From Gemmatimonadota bacterium (GTDB lineage: Bacteria > Gemmatimonadota > Gemmatimonadetes > Gemmatimonadales > GWC2-71-9), in assembly GCA_022566515.1 (NCBI GenBank), contig JADFIT010000003.1:1-61399 (forward strand): 61,399 bases of DNA, in the 5' to 3' direction. Positions within the stretch are counted from its first letter, which is position 1. Each line of letters begins with the position of its first letter. Of this stretch, positions 46,037 through 55,798 are shown in pieces. A program made the position numbers and the translations under genes. Under the pieces are notes generated by a model, which had not been told where the DNA came from, ran no database searches, and worked only from the letters and a program-made list of their open reading frames with translations.

Positions 46037-46527
46037 TCAATCACCCGAATCCGATCCCGCAGGTCAGCGGCCAACTCGAAGTTCTCCGTCTCTACCGCCC
46101 GTCGCAGCTGGTCACGCAGGTCAGCAACGGTCGGCGCAACTTCGTCCACGGCACGGTGAGACCCGGTATACAGCTCACCCACGTGCTGGCTCGATCCATG
46201 TAGACGCCGCAAGAGATCCCGCAAATGAGAGGCAAACGCGCGGTAACACTCCGGGCAGCCCAACCGTCCCGAGTCCCGAAAGTCCTGCAAAGTTCCACCA
46301 CAGGACTGGCACTCGGCGGCATCATCACCCATGGGGAGCTGGGTCGACGCACCTTTTCCCATCGAAGCGAGGAAGTCCGATAGGGGGAACTTCGCGACAG
46401 TCGCTCCTGTCTGCACGCCTTTCTCCGCAGCGCACTTTTCACACAGGTGTACCGTAGTCACCGAGTCGTTGACGATTTGCGTCAGGTGTACCGCCGCCGG
46501 CCGCTCCCCACATTGATCGCACTGCAC
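46033..46527 (-). CDS. mcsA: McsA-like zinc-finger/UVR-domain activator of McsB
   Basis: CDQCGERPA..LCEKC, CQSCGGT..GCPECY, and a C-terminal UVR motif (LRDQLRRAVETENFELAADLRDRI). Confidence 0.85.
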   Translation of the reverse strand: MQCDQCGERPAAVHLTQIVNDSVTTVHLCEKCAAEKGVQTGATVAKFPLSDFLASMGKGASTQLPMGDDAAECQSCGGTLQDFRDSGRLGCPECYRAFASHLRDLLRRLHGSSQHVGELYTGSHRAVDEVAPTVADLRDQLRRAVETENFELAADLRDRIRVIE

Positions 46528-47228
46528 TACGACATTACCCCCCCCGACACAGTCGGCTGCAGTCGACCTTGCGTCAACAGTAGAGTCCGGTCGGCCCGCT
46601 CGGAAAGCGCGCGGTTGTGCGTGACGATGACGAGAGCGGTTTCCAGGTCACGGACGAGTTCAAACAGCAAATCATGCAGCCGGCCCGCGTGCTTCTCGTC
46701 CAGGTTACCGCTCGGCTCGTCCGCCAGCAGGACCCTGGGATCGTTGACCACGGCCCGCGCCACTGCACAGCGTTGCTGTTCCCCGCCGGACAACTGGGCC
46801 GGTCGATGCGCCATGCGCCCGGCCATGCCTACCCTCGCCAACACCTCCTCCGCCCTGCCGCGTGCTTCGCCGTCGCCTACGCCGGCAATCATCAGCGGCA
46901 TCATTACGTTCTCGAGCGCAGTAAATTCCCGCAGAAGGTGGTGAAACTGGAATACGAACCCGAGTTTCCGGTTTCGTAGCACATCCCTCTCTTCCTGGGA
47001 CAACGCCGCGTACGACTGGCCGTCCAACACGATCTCACCGCCGGTCGGTTCGTCCAGCGCCCCCAACAAGTGCAGCAAGGTGCTCTTGCCGGCTCCACTT
47101 TCGCCCACGATAGTCACGACTTCGCCTCGGTGAACCGCCAGGTCGACGTCCACCAGCACCTCCAACTCCGCGGCGTCACCACTGCGAAAACTCTTCCGGA
47201 GGCCGCGAGCCTCGAGTATCACGCTCAT
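46527..47228 (-). CDS. lolD: Lipoprotein-releasing ABC transporter ATP-binding protein LolD
   Basis: Walker A GESGAGKST, signature LSGGEQQR, and Walker B LLADEP. ATGA overlap with the permease gene. Confidence 0.88.
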   Translation of the reverse strand: MSVILEARGLRKSFRSGDAAELEVLVDVDLAVHRGEVVTIVGESGAGKSTLLHLLGALDEPTGGEIVLDGQSYAALSQEERDVLRNRKLGFVFQFHHLLREFTALENVMMPLMIAGVGDGEARGRAEEVLARVGMAGRMAHRPAQLSGGEQQRCAVARAVVNDPRVLLADEPSGNLDEKHAGRLHDLLFELVRDLETALVIVTHNRALSERADRTLLLTQGRLQPTVSGGVMS

Positions 47229-48475
47229 TCGTGCCTAATCGCGTCGACAGGAGCAAGCTCGGCGGCGCGGCGCGACGGATACAGGGTCGCCACGGTCGCC
47301 ACGGCGATGCTGGCAAAGATGATCAGCATGGAGTCGAACGGTTGCACTTTGATAGGCAAATGATCGATGAAATACACGGAGGGATCGAGCGATATGAGCC
47401 GGCCCCGATCGAACAGCTGCGCAATTGCTATACCCGCGATCGCCCCCGTCACCGTTCCCACCAAACCGACGATTATGCCCTGGATCACGAATATCTTGTA
47501 CACGGACTTGGCGGATAACCCCATGGCACGCAGGATGCCGATCTCGCGCGTCTTGTCGGTCACCACCATCGTCAGCGTCCCGACGATGTTGAACGCCGCC
47601 ACAATCACGATCAACAACAGGATCAATCCCATGCCCAGCTTCTCGAGCTGCAGCGCCGAGAACAATTGGGCGTTCTGCTCCTGCCAAGCCTTGGAGAAAT
47701 AGGGGTAATCGAGCAGCGCCTCCAGCTCGGCACCGATGCGAGGCGCCTCGTTCGGATCTGTCACACGCACATCGATGCCGCTCACCGCATCACCCAAGCC
47801 GGCAAACCGCTGTGCGACATCGAGCCGCATTACAACGTACGTGTTGTCGTACTCGTACATTCCCGTCTCGAACCGTCCCGTGACCTCGAACCACCAATAG
47901 CTGGGCATGAAGGCCCCGATTGCTGCATTGAACCTGCTCCTCGCGGGGGAGATGACCGACAGAGAATCGCCCTCGAACGCGAGCAAGCGATCAGACACTC
48001 GTGCTCCCAGAATGATCCCACCGTCGACGTTGGCCAGCTGCGTCGCAAACCGCAGATCGCCACTCGAGAAGTGCCGGGGTAGCGGCGTTACCGACATAGT
48101 GGTGGTATCCGGATCGATGCCCAGGACATGCACGCCCTCCGTGTAATCGGCGCCTGCACGCACCATCGCCTGCGTAATGACGAACGGCGCGGCCGCCTCC
48201 ACCTCCGGATGGGCGCGAATCATCTCCAGGGCTTCACGCCAGTTGTCCACTCGGAGCCCTCTTCCAAACGTCAGGATGCGCAGATGCGGACTGGCAATGA
48301 GAATCTTCTCTCGCAGCTCACTCTGCAGTCCGTTCATCACGCCCATCACGACGATCAAGGCGGTGACACCCACCGCCACGCCCGCCGTGGCGATCAGCGT
48401 TATGAGCGACACCAATCGCGACGAGCGCCGGCTGCGCAGATAGCGCGCTGCGATGCGCCACTCCAAGCGCTTCAC
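47225..48475 (-). CDS. Lipoprotein-releasing ABC transporter permease (LolC/LolE family, FtsX-type)
   Basis: MacB-like periplasmic domain between TM1 and TM2, and a C-terminal FtsX fold (ILRAMG motif). Confidence 0.88.
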   Translation of the reverse strand: MKRLEWRIAARYLRSRRSSRLVSLITLIATAGVAVGVTALIVVMGVMNGLQSELREKILIASPHLRILTFGRGLRVDNWREALEMIRAHPEVEAAAPFVITQAMVRAGADYTEGVHVLGIDPDTTTMSVTPLPRHFSSGDLRFATQLANVDGGIILGARVSDRLLAFEGDSLSVISPARSRFNAAIGAFMPSYWWFEVTGRFETGMYEYDNTYVVMRLDVAQRFAGLGDAVSGIDVRVTDPNEAPRIGAELEALLDYPYFSKAWQEQNAQLFSALQLEKLGMGLILLLIVIVAAFNIVGTLTMVVTDKTREIGILRAMGLSAKSVYKIFVIQGIIVGLVGTVTGAIAGIAIAQLFDRGRLISLDPSVYFIDHLPIKVQPFDSMLIIFASIAVATVATLYPSRRAAELAPVDAIRHE

Positions 48476-49965
48476 GTCTTCGGCCTCATCGTTGGGAAGA
48501 GGATCACGTCCCGAATCGACTTTCTGTTCGCCAACAACATGATGAGCCGGTCGATGCCAAGACCGAGGCCTCCAGTGGGCGGCATCCCGTATTCCAATGC
48601 GCGAATAAAATCTTCGTCGATCTGATGCGCCTCGTCATCACCAGCCTCGCGGGCCGCCGCCTGCTCCTCGAACCGGCGACGCTGGTCGTCCGGATCGTTC
48701 AGCTCGCTGAAGGCGTTGGCCAGTTCGTGGCCATTCACCAAGAGTTCGAAGCGTTCAGCCAAACGCGGGTTGCCACGCTTTGGCTTCGCCAGCGGAGAAA
48801 TTTCGATCGGATGGTCTTGTACGATGGTCGGCTGCACCAAACTCGGCTCTACGAACGTCTTGAACATCTCATCGATCAGTTTCGTACGGGGCCATTCATC
48901 TACAGCCTCTTCGCCGCGGTCACGCAGACGCTGCCGCAACTCTCCGTCCTCCGCCGTTGCCAAATCGACTCCCGAATGTTGCCGCACCAGATCCACAAAA
49001 CCAGCGCGGCGCCACGGCCGGGTGAAGTCGAACGTCTTGCCGAAACGCTCGATGCGAAGGGAGCCGCAGACCTGCTCGACAATTCCGGATATGAGTTCCT
49101 CCAAGACATCCATCATGTCGTTGTAATCGGCGTACGCCTGGTAGAACTCCAGCATTGTGAATTCGGGAAAGTGCAGTCGATCGATGCCCTCGTTGCGAAA
49201 GTCGTGACCGATCTCATAGACCCGATCCAGGCCGCCTACGATGCAACGCTTCAAGTACAACTCGTCCGCGATGCGCAAATACAACCGCGTGTCGAGTGCC
49301 CTATGATTGGTCACGAACGGCGAAGCAGCCGCACCACCGTAAATCGGTTGCAGGATCGGCGTCTCCACCTCTATGAAGCCACGCCCATCGAAGAACTGTC
49401 TGATCAGACGGACAACCTGCGCTCGCAGAATGAATACTTCACGCACGTCGGCGTGCACCGCAAGGTCCACATAACGCTGGCGATAGCGCATCTCGGGATC
49501 CGTCAAGCCACCGTGCTGTTCACCCTCGGCATCTTCCTTGCCGAACGGCAACGGTCGAAGCGCCTTCGTGAGAAGTTGAAACTCCTCCACCTTGATCGTT
49601 ACCTCTTGCGTCCGCGTGCGAAACAGACTGCCCCGCACTCCGATGAAGTCGCTCAGGTCGAACAGCTTCAGTAGTTCGTAACCATCGTCGCCGAGAACAT
49701 CACGCCTGAAGTACAGCTGAATCTTCCCCGAACGATCTCCAATGTGAACGAACGTGGCCTTGCCATGCGGCCGCATCGAGACAATTCGGCCGGCCGTACT
49801 CACGGACACCTCGACGCCGTCCTCTTCATACGCTTCGAGCGCCTCTTGAGCCGAATGGCTGCGCTCGAACCGGTACCCAAACGGAGCGATCCCACGCTCG
49901 ATCAACGCTGCGAGCTTCTCCCGGCGTGCGGCTTCGATGTACGACCGTTCCTCGATTACCGTCAT
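48472..49965 (-). CDS. lysS: Lysine--tRNA ligase (class II)
   Basis: OB anticodon domain plus class II motifs (FRNEG, GLGIDRL). Confidence 0.93.
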   Translation of the reverse strand: MTVIEERSYIEAARREKLAALIERGIAPFGYRFERSHSAQEALEAYEEDGVEVSVSTAGRIVSMRPHGKATFVHIGDRSGKIQLYFRRDVLGDDGYELLKLFDLSDFIGVRGSLFRTRTQEVTIKVEEFQLLTKALRPLPFGKEDAEGEQHGGLTDPEMRYRQRYVDLAVHADVREVFILRAQVVRLIRQFFDGRGFIEVETPILQPIYGGAAASPFVTNHRALDTRLYLRIADELYLKRCIVGGLDRVYEIGHDFRNEGIDRLHFPEFTMLEFYQAYADYNDMMDVLEELISGIVEQVCGSLRIERFGKTFDFTRPWRRAGFVDLVRQHSGVDLATAEDGELRQRLRDRGEEAVDEWPRTKLIDEMFKTFVEPSLVQPTIVQDHPIEISPLAKPKRGNPRLAERFELLVNGHELANAFSELNDPDDQRRRFEEQAAAREAGDDEAHQIDEDFIRALEYGMPPTGGLGLGIDRLIMLLANRKSIRDVILFPTMRPKT

Positions 49966-51066
49966 GCCACCTTGCTTCCGTAGCGCTTCAAGTACGCGTG
50001 AATGAATTGGTCCAGATCGCCATCCATCACGGACTGCACGTCGGATACCTTCAGCTCCGTTCGGTGATCGTTAACCATGGTGTACGGTTGGAAAACGTAT
50101 GAACGGCTTTGGTTCCCCCATGCAATGTCAGCCTTCGTAGCCTCCACCTTCGCCTTTTCCTTTTCCTGCTCCTCACGCGCCCGCTGATAGAGCGCTGCCT
50201 TCAACATCTTCATCGCCGTTGCACGGTTCTTGAACTGGCTGCGTTCCTGCTGACACGCCACGACGATTCCCGTAGGGAGATGGCGCAGTCGCACCGCCGA
50301 GGACGTCTTGTTCACATGCTGACCGCCGGCGCCCGACGCCCGAAACACTTCCAATTCGATGTCCTCATCTCGCAGGTCGATCTCGATCGAATCGTCCACC
50401 ACCGGATACACGAACACTGACGCAAAGGACGTGTGACGACGTGCCTGCGCATCGAATGGCGAAATGCGAACTAGACGGTGTACGCCCTTCTCCGCCTTCA
50501 AGTACCCATAGGCGTAGTCGCCCTCTATCTCCATCGACGCCGACTTGATACCCGCCTCCTCGCCGGGAACAAGGTCGAGAACTGCCACACTGTACCCGCG
50601 CCGCTCGGCCCAGCGTGTGTACATGCGCATCAACATCTGGGCCCAATCCTGCGACTCGGTACCCCCCGCCCCGGGACGAATGGTCACCAAAGCCGCACGC
50701 TGATCGTCCGGCCCCTGCAACATGTTCTGCAACTCCAAATCCTCGAGCGCCGCGAACAGGTCGGGAAGCTCTTCCTCCAATCCCTCCTGCAGCTCAGGAT
50801 CCGGATCGTCGGTCAATAAATCGGCAAGCTCGTGAGCGTCCTGAACACGCCGCTCCAGGTTGGCAAACGGATCCGTCCAGCGTTTGAGTTGTCGCAGCTG
50901 ATCGACCGCAGACCGAGCGGCCCCGGCATCATCCCAAAAACCCGGAGCGGCCATGCGGGCCTGCAGCTTGTCTAGGCGGGAGATCTTGGCGTCGAGGTCA
51001 AAGGTAACCTCGGAGTTCGATCAATCGTCGGTCAATCTCGCTCACCTTATCGAGCAATTCGCTCAC
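49962..51066 (-). CDS. prfB: Peptide chain release factor 2, requiring a programmed +1 frameshift
   Basis: GTG 51066 (GGGAG upstream) encodes [22 protein letters not shown], then CTT TGA C. A +1 shift continues [24 protein letters not shown] into track ORF 49962..50954, which carries SPF and GGQ ([11 protein letters not shown]). Confidence 0.93.
50997..51003 (-). other. RF2 autoregulatory +1 frameshift site CTT TGA C
   Basis: The minus strand reads CGAGGT TAC CTT TGA C. The SD-like GAGGT has the same 3-nt spacing as the E. coli prfB site. Confidence 0.9.
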
Positions 51067-51101
51067 AGTAACACTCCCGTGGTTTCATATGAACATAATA
51101 C

Positions 51102-51133
51102 GAGCCGTCCTGCCTCGATCGGGCGGACGGCTC
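51102..51133 (-). terminator. Hairpin (putative terminator/insulator) between the zinc-ribbon gene and prfB
   Basis: Perfect 9-bp stem GAGCCGTCC / GGACGGCTC with a 14-nt loop. On the minus strand it is followed by GTATTATGTT, a weak U-tract. Confidence 0.4.
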
Positions 51134-51176
51134 GCCATAACGACAATTTAGCTGCCCTCAGGGGTCGAGCACCACC

Positions 51177-52295
51177 CTAGAAAACAGGCTGCCCACCCGC
51201 CAGAATCTCGTTCAAGGCCTCGGCGAAATAGGGCGTCGAATTGGCGATCTCCTCTCCCACCTGCCCCACGTACTCCTCCCAGCTCTTCTTGATCTCTTCC
51301 TCGAACACCTCCTTCAGGTTGCCGCTATCGAGAGCCTCCTGTCTCTTGTCGGGCTGATATACGATCATGTCCGAGATCAGGGCCCTGGCAAGACGTCGAG
51401 CCTTCAGCTTCGGATCCCGGGACATGAAGGGATTGATCACTCGCTTCGAGGGCGCCGGCGGCTCGGCGGCCTCAGTGGTCTGATCCGGCGCCGGAGGTTG
51501 CGCCACAGGGGGCGTCCCGACCGGTGCGGCCGCCTCGGTAACCGCCGGAGGAGCCGTAGGCAGGGATGGAGCCGCGGGCTCGGCGGGCATCGCTGGTTCC
51601 GCCACGGTCGGGGCCGTAGCCGTCACGCTCGGTTCCGCGGGCGGCGCTGAGGCCGGCTGCAGGGGCCGGCCTGGTGTGGGCCGGAAAACGGGGGCCGTCG
51701 GACGCTGATGTTCCTGCCCCTTTTGGAACGGCGACGGGGTGTGCCCGGGACCGGGATGGGAAAACGGCCGAGTGACTCTGAGCCCTCCGCGGGCGGGGCT
51801 AGGCGCCTCAGGAACTGGTGTGGGTGGAGGTCCAGCAGTAACTCCCGTCGGCCCCGCCGCCGCCTCCACAGCCTCCACAGCCTCCCCCGCGGCAGGTGGT
51901 GGAGCCCCTCCTGGCCTCACCAGTTCCGGGCCCGACGGCTCTGTAGGAAGGCCCGGTGACGCAGCTTCGGCCGACGGAGCGACAGCTACCGGCGCCGAGG
52001 GCCCCTCGGTTACCGGCGTCTCGCTGTTGACCCCTCCAGCCCCCTCCGGGGGAGCAATGAACGCCTCGCCCAGCGTGGCCGCAATATCCTCCTGGCTGAG
52101 ACTCGGCTCCCGCGGCTCCGGGACAGGCTGAGTGCCGGCCGCAGCCATCGCGGGGGCTGAAGACGCCTCTTCCTCATCACGGTTGACGGGGATGACATGG
52201 GAACACACCGTGCAGCGCGCCCGCACACCCGCTTCCGGGATCTTGGCCGGGTCGATCCGATACACTGTGTTACACGACGGACAACGAACATTCAT
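51177..52295 (-). CDS. MJ0042-type zinc-ribbon protein with Pro/Ala-rich linker and conserved C-terminal helical domain
   Basis: MNVRCPSCNTVYRI...RARCTVCSHVI (CxxC...CxxC), about 230 aa of P/A-rich sequence, then KARRLARALISDMIVYQ... Confidence 0.8.
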   Translation of the reverse strand: MNVRCPSCNTVYRIDPAKIPEAGVRARCTVCSHVIPVNRDEEEASSAPAMAAAGTQPVPEPREPSLSQEDIAATLGEAFIAPPEGAGGVNSETPVTEGPSAPVAVAPSAEAASPGLPTEPSGPELVRPGGAPPPAAGEAVEAVEAAAGPTGVTAGPPPTPVPEAPSPARGGLRVTRPFSHPGPGHTPSPFQKGQEHQRPTAPVFRPTPGRPLQPASAPPAEPSVTATAPTVAEPAMPAEPAAPSLPTAPPAVTEAAAPVGTPPVAQPPAPDQTTEAAEPPAPSKRVINPFMSRDPKLKARRLARALISDMIVYQPDKRQEALDSGNLKEVFEEEIKKSWEEYVGQVGEEIANSTPYFAEALNEILAGGQPVF

Positions 52296-53272
52296 ACCTG
52301 AGTGGACCCTCCCGGGTTTCTCGAGCCCTCATCGCTATCGCGCCGGCGATCCACAACGAAGACCGACCCTGGCAGCGTCTTCGCGTAACTCTTCATCTCG
52401 GTCGCGAGTTCGCTAGCGCGGGCGGGATGCCCAAAACGCCTGTGTTCATTGGTGACGATACCGATTGACAATGTCATCAGGGGCACACGATACAATTGTC
52501 CCCGACGGTCCCGCCCAAAGAAATACCCGGCGCCCCGATCTTGTGCATTGTATTGGTAAGGTATCAACTCATCGAAGACGGAGAGGATCTCGCTACAAAC
52601 CGGCTGCACATCTTCGAGCGACAACACCATTATGAAGTCGTCTCCCCCGATGTGCCCGACAAACCCCCGTTTGGGACACATACCCTTCACGACGTCACTC
52701 AGGATCCGCGAAACCAAGAAGATGACACGATCTCCATCCCGATAACTGTAGCGGTCGTTGTACTCCTTGAAGTGATCCAGATCCGCATAACACACCGCAA
52801 ACTTTTCGAGCCGGTCAATGCGGCGACGCATCGCCCGATCGATCTCCGTCGTTCCCGGCAACCGCGTGGAGGGGTGCACGGAAACGTTCCGCTCTGTTCG
52901 GAGAAGCAAGCCGTCCAGGCGGGTTCGCTGCTCGCTGGCCTCAAACAGCGGCGTGATCACCTCGTCGGCACCTGCCTCGAACCACTCGCCAACCGCCTCC
53001 GTGGCGTGACCATTAGCCACGAACGCCACGGGAACGATGGCTGTATACGGGTCGGACTTGAGGGTCCGGCAAAAAGTCAGCCCTTCGGCAATCATATTCT
53101 CTGCATCGACAACCACCAGATGTGGCGGACTACGCACGGCATGGGCTTCGGCGGCCTCGCGCTCGCGGTGCTGAACGAGCACGAACTTCTTGGCCTCGAT
53201 CCAAGCCAATACCGTATCCGGAACCGCTCGACCGGCCGGAGAAAAGTAGAGTACTGTGGGACGATTACGCAC
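52292..53272 (-). CDS. REC-like + GGDEF-family domain protein with variant GGDDF motif
   Basis: The REC-like N-terminus has HLVVVDAE. The palm domain has YADLDHFKEYNDRYSYRDGDRV and GHIGGDDFIMVL. ATGA overlap with the downstream zinc-ribbon gene. GTG start. Confidence 0.8.
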   Translation of the reverse strand: MRNRPTVLYFSPAGRAVPDTVLAWIEAKKFVLVQHREREAAEAHAVRSPPHLVVVDAENMIAEGLTFCRTLKSDPYTAIVPVAFVANGHATEAVGEWFEAGADEVITPLFEASEQRTRLDGLLLRTERNVSVHPSTRLPGTTEIDRAMRRRIDRLEKFAVCYADLDHFKEYNDRYSYRDGDRVIFLVSRILSDVVKGMCPKRGFVGHIGGDDFIMVLSLEDVQPVCSEILSVFDELIPYQYNAQDRGAGYFFGRDRRGQLYRVPLMTLSIGIVTNEHRRFGHPARASELATEMKSYAKTLPGSVFVVDRRRDSDEGSRNPGGSTQV

Positions 53273-53316
53273 CAGTTTGCGCTCTTAGAATAGCTCGTAA
53301 GATAAAACGAGACCTT

Positions 53317-53345
53317 AACTTAGGAGCCTTCGGCCGCGAAGTCAA
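53317..53345 (-). promoter_or_regulatory. Candidate sigma-70-type promoter for the REC-GGDEF operon
   Basis: The minus strand reads TTGACT, a 17-nt spacer, then TAAGTT. The -10 element is about 45 nt upstream of the start at 53272. Confidence 0.35.
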
Positions 53346-53399
53346 ACGCACTGGGGCAACGCCATGGTCCGGGAACCAAAAAGGCTCTTCCCGAAATTT

Positions 53400-53559
53400 C
53401 GTGGCAAGCGATTGAGGGGACGATTCTCGGCCCTTCCACCCCACCCTGGATGAGCCACGGAATCCACCTATGAAGCTGTGATGGACTCCGACTTTCGCGA
53501 TGGCGGGGCCTTCTTCCTGTACGGGAACGGCCTTCCCCGCAAATACCGGATGAACCAAA
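53400..53559 (+). repeat. Copy 3 of the composite intergenic repeat (modules A, single arm, C)
   Basis: Module A plus single arm is TTCCCGAAATTTCGTGGCAAGCGATTGAGGGGACGATTCTCGGCCCTTCCACCCCACCCTGGATGAGCCACGGAATCCAC. Module C is CGCGATGGCGGGGCCTTCTTCCTGTACGGGAACGGCCTTCCCCGCAAATACCGGATGAACCA. Confidence 0.8.
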
Positions 53560-53623
53560 AAACGGACCTCCTCCGATCAGGAAGCGAGGCTCGGCGGTAC
53601 GTCGCTGGGGAGGGAGCTGTAAA

Positions 53624-54589
53624 TCAGATACCGGCTCGGAGGCTGATGTACACTGGTTCGTCGAAGTTGGCGGAATCGTAGAAGACCCGGGAGAAGTCCA
53701 CGGAGAAGCGCCCGAGCTTCACTCCCAGTCCGACTGCCGGCCCGCTGGCCCCGGAATCGACAAACGCGTATCCGGTACGCAACCGTATGAGGTCGCCGTA
53801 TCCCAATTCGATCCCGATGCGCGCCTGGGGATCATCAAACTCACCCCAGTCGTTCTCGATGTCGACCAAGAACCTTACATCCAGCGGCTCAACGTCCGGC
53901 GCCGGCCGAGGAAGCATGACCCTATACGCGAGCCCGAAATCCAGCTTCGTCGGCAGCGGGTCGGCCTGATCGCTATCCTCCAACTGCAGGCTGAAGCCTG
54001 CGTGTCTTACGGCGACACCGAACCTCAACGGCGCGTCGGCCTTGCCATACTGCAAGCCAACGTCCACGCCGTGTGTGGTTCCCACCAGCGAAGGGAACAA
54101 CCCGCAGTCTCCCGAGCAGTCCTGTCTGAATTGGATGAGCTTGTAGTTAACTCCGAAAGCGAGACCCTTGTAGACATACCTCGCAAAAGAGGCAAGCAAC
54201 TGCACATTCTTGGGTGAGAATTTGCCGGAAACTGGCCCGCCGCGATTGGCAATGACGTCCTGCGACCCGTAATCCACCAGGTACGCAGAAAACCCTATGA
54301 CACCCAAGCCCTTCGCAGTGAAGTACGCGGACAACGCGGTGTTGTCGGAGATGAACGTGGCCGCGTGATGTGCCGCAACTTCATTGCCCTCCATCAGGGC
54401 CAAGCCTGCCGGATTCCAAAATGCCGCTTCGCTGGTGCCGCCGTCGGCCACCGCCGCCTGACCCAACGCCGCGGCACGTCCGCCCACCGGAACCAGAAGG
54501 AACACAGCACCAGTGCTTTGTTGCGCCACGGCGGAATTGGACGCGAGGAGTCCCAAGAAAACGGCGCCGCAAAGACCCCTCCTCCACAT
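53624..54589 (-). CDS. Outer-membrane beta-barrel protein, PorV/PorQ-like family candidate (paralog of 19222-20142)
   Basis: ATG 54589 gives MWRRGLCGAVFLGLLASNSAVAQ. FLLVPVGGRAAALGQAAVADGG motif. The track ORF extension overlaps era. Confidence 0.7.
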   Translation of the reverse strand: MWRRGLCGAVFLGLLASNSAVAQQSTGAVFLLVPVGGRAAALGQAAVADGGTSEAAFWNPAGLALMEGNEVAAHHAATFISDNTALSAYFTAKGLGVIGFSAYLVDYGSQDVIANRGGPVSGKFSPKNVQLLASFARYVYKGLAFGVNYKLIQFRQDCSGDCGLFPSLVGTTHGVDVGLQYGKADAPLRFGVAVRHAGFSLQLEDSDQADPLPTKLDFGLAYRVMLPRPAPDVEPLDVRFLVDIENDWGEFDDPQARIGIELGYGDLIRLRTGYAFVDSGASGPAVGLGVKLGRFSVDFSRVFYDSANFDEPVYISLRAGI

Positions 54590-54618
54590 GCGACACTCCA
54601 GCCAGTTCGGTCCGATCA

Positions 54619-55506
54619 TCAAGTGCTGCCTCCAGAGGGCACCGAGAACCCGAAGCGAGCCAGCGTATGTGGCTTGGATCGCCATTTGGGCAACGTCTTC
54701 ACCCATAAATCCAAATACACCTGCTGCTCAAAGAGTTCCTCGATCTTGCGCCTGGCAGACTCACCCAGCGTCTTGATCGTCTTGCCGCCTTTCCCGATCA
54801 CCATCCGCTTCTGCGTTTCCCGCTCGACATATATCGTGGCGCGAATGTAGAGGGGATCGCTCCCTTCCCTAAACTCGTCGACCTCCGCTACCAGGGAGTA
54901 CGGCAGCTCTTGACCAAGATGCTCGAATGCCGCCTCGCGAACAAACTCCGTCACGAAAAAACGCTGGGGCTGGGTGCCAAGATCGTCGGCATCGTAGAGA
55001 AAAGGTCGGATCGGCGCGTGGGCACGGCACCATTCGAGAAGCGAAGGAATGCCGTCTCCCGTCAAGCCAGACGCCCAAAAGACCGGCCGATTCTCGTCAG
55101 ACAACGGCACTGCCTCAGGCGGCGGAAAGCGATCGGCCATCGAACGAACGATGGCGACTGGTTGCCTGATCGATCCCAATTCAGGAACGAGTGACTCGAG
55201 CCGGGGAGGACGTCCACCGCTTCCGGGGTGCAGGTACAGGATCGCGTCCGACTTTCGAACCCATGACACCGCCGCAGCACGCATCGCCTCCTGCAGCAGG
55301 TATCCGGGATGCATCAGCCCCGGCTGATCGACGAATACGAGTTGTGTATCCTCAGCAGTGAGGATCCCAACCACCGGCAGTCGGGTGGACTGGGGTTTGG
55401 CGCTGGTGATGGCGAGTTTCCGCCCCACCAGAGCATTCAGCAGGGTCGACTTGCCCACGTTGGGCTTGCCCACAATCGCCACGGTCGCAGATCGCTGCTC
55501 TGACAT
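54619..55506 (-). CDS. era: GTPase Era
   Basis: ATG 55506 gives MSEQRSATVAIVGKPNVGKSTLLNAL. G-motifs DQPG and a C-terminal KH domain (VIGKGGKTIK). Confidence 0.92.
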   Translation of the reverse strand: MSEQRSATVAIVGKPNVGKSTLLNALVGRKLAITSAKPQSTRLPVVGILTAEDTQLVFVDQPGLMHPGYLLQEAMRAAAVSWVRKSDAILYLHPGSGGRPPRLESLVPELGSIRQPVAIVRSMADRFPPPEAVPLSDENRPVFWASGLTGDGIPSLLEWCRAHAPIRPFLYDADDLGTQPQRFFVTEFVREAAFEHLGQELPYSLVAEVDEFREGSDPLYIRATIYVERETQKRMVIGKGGKTIKTLGESARRKIEELFEQQVYLDLWVKTLPKWRSKPHTLARFGFSVPSGGST

Positions 55507-55798
55507 GAAGGCATTGTATGTAGCCGGAGATACACTGGAAAGGGGGAGGCAGCCCCTCTTGGACTCTGGATTACGGCTCAAAGCTCAGAGCGCGATATGG
55601 GCGACCGGGGTAGCTGTGAGCCGCGTTACTGATAAGGGCCTCCCGGAAACCATAATTTACATGTCGGCACGGGACCGCCGGGTAGGTCCTAACCGTTTAT
55701 AAATCAGCAAGATACGTTGCAAAGGTCGCGGCGGTTAGCTACACTGGAATTGGTAAGTACGGTCTGCTGGAGAGGCTCCACATCTGGCCCTGCACGAA

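Noticed and set aside
48625-49674. 349-aa plus-strand ORF
   Set aside because: It is antisense to lysS.
52496-53293. 265-aa plus-strand ORF
   Set aside because: It is antisense to the REC-GGDEF-like gene.
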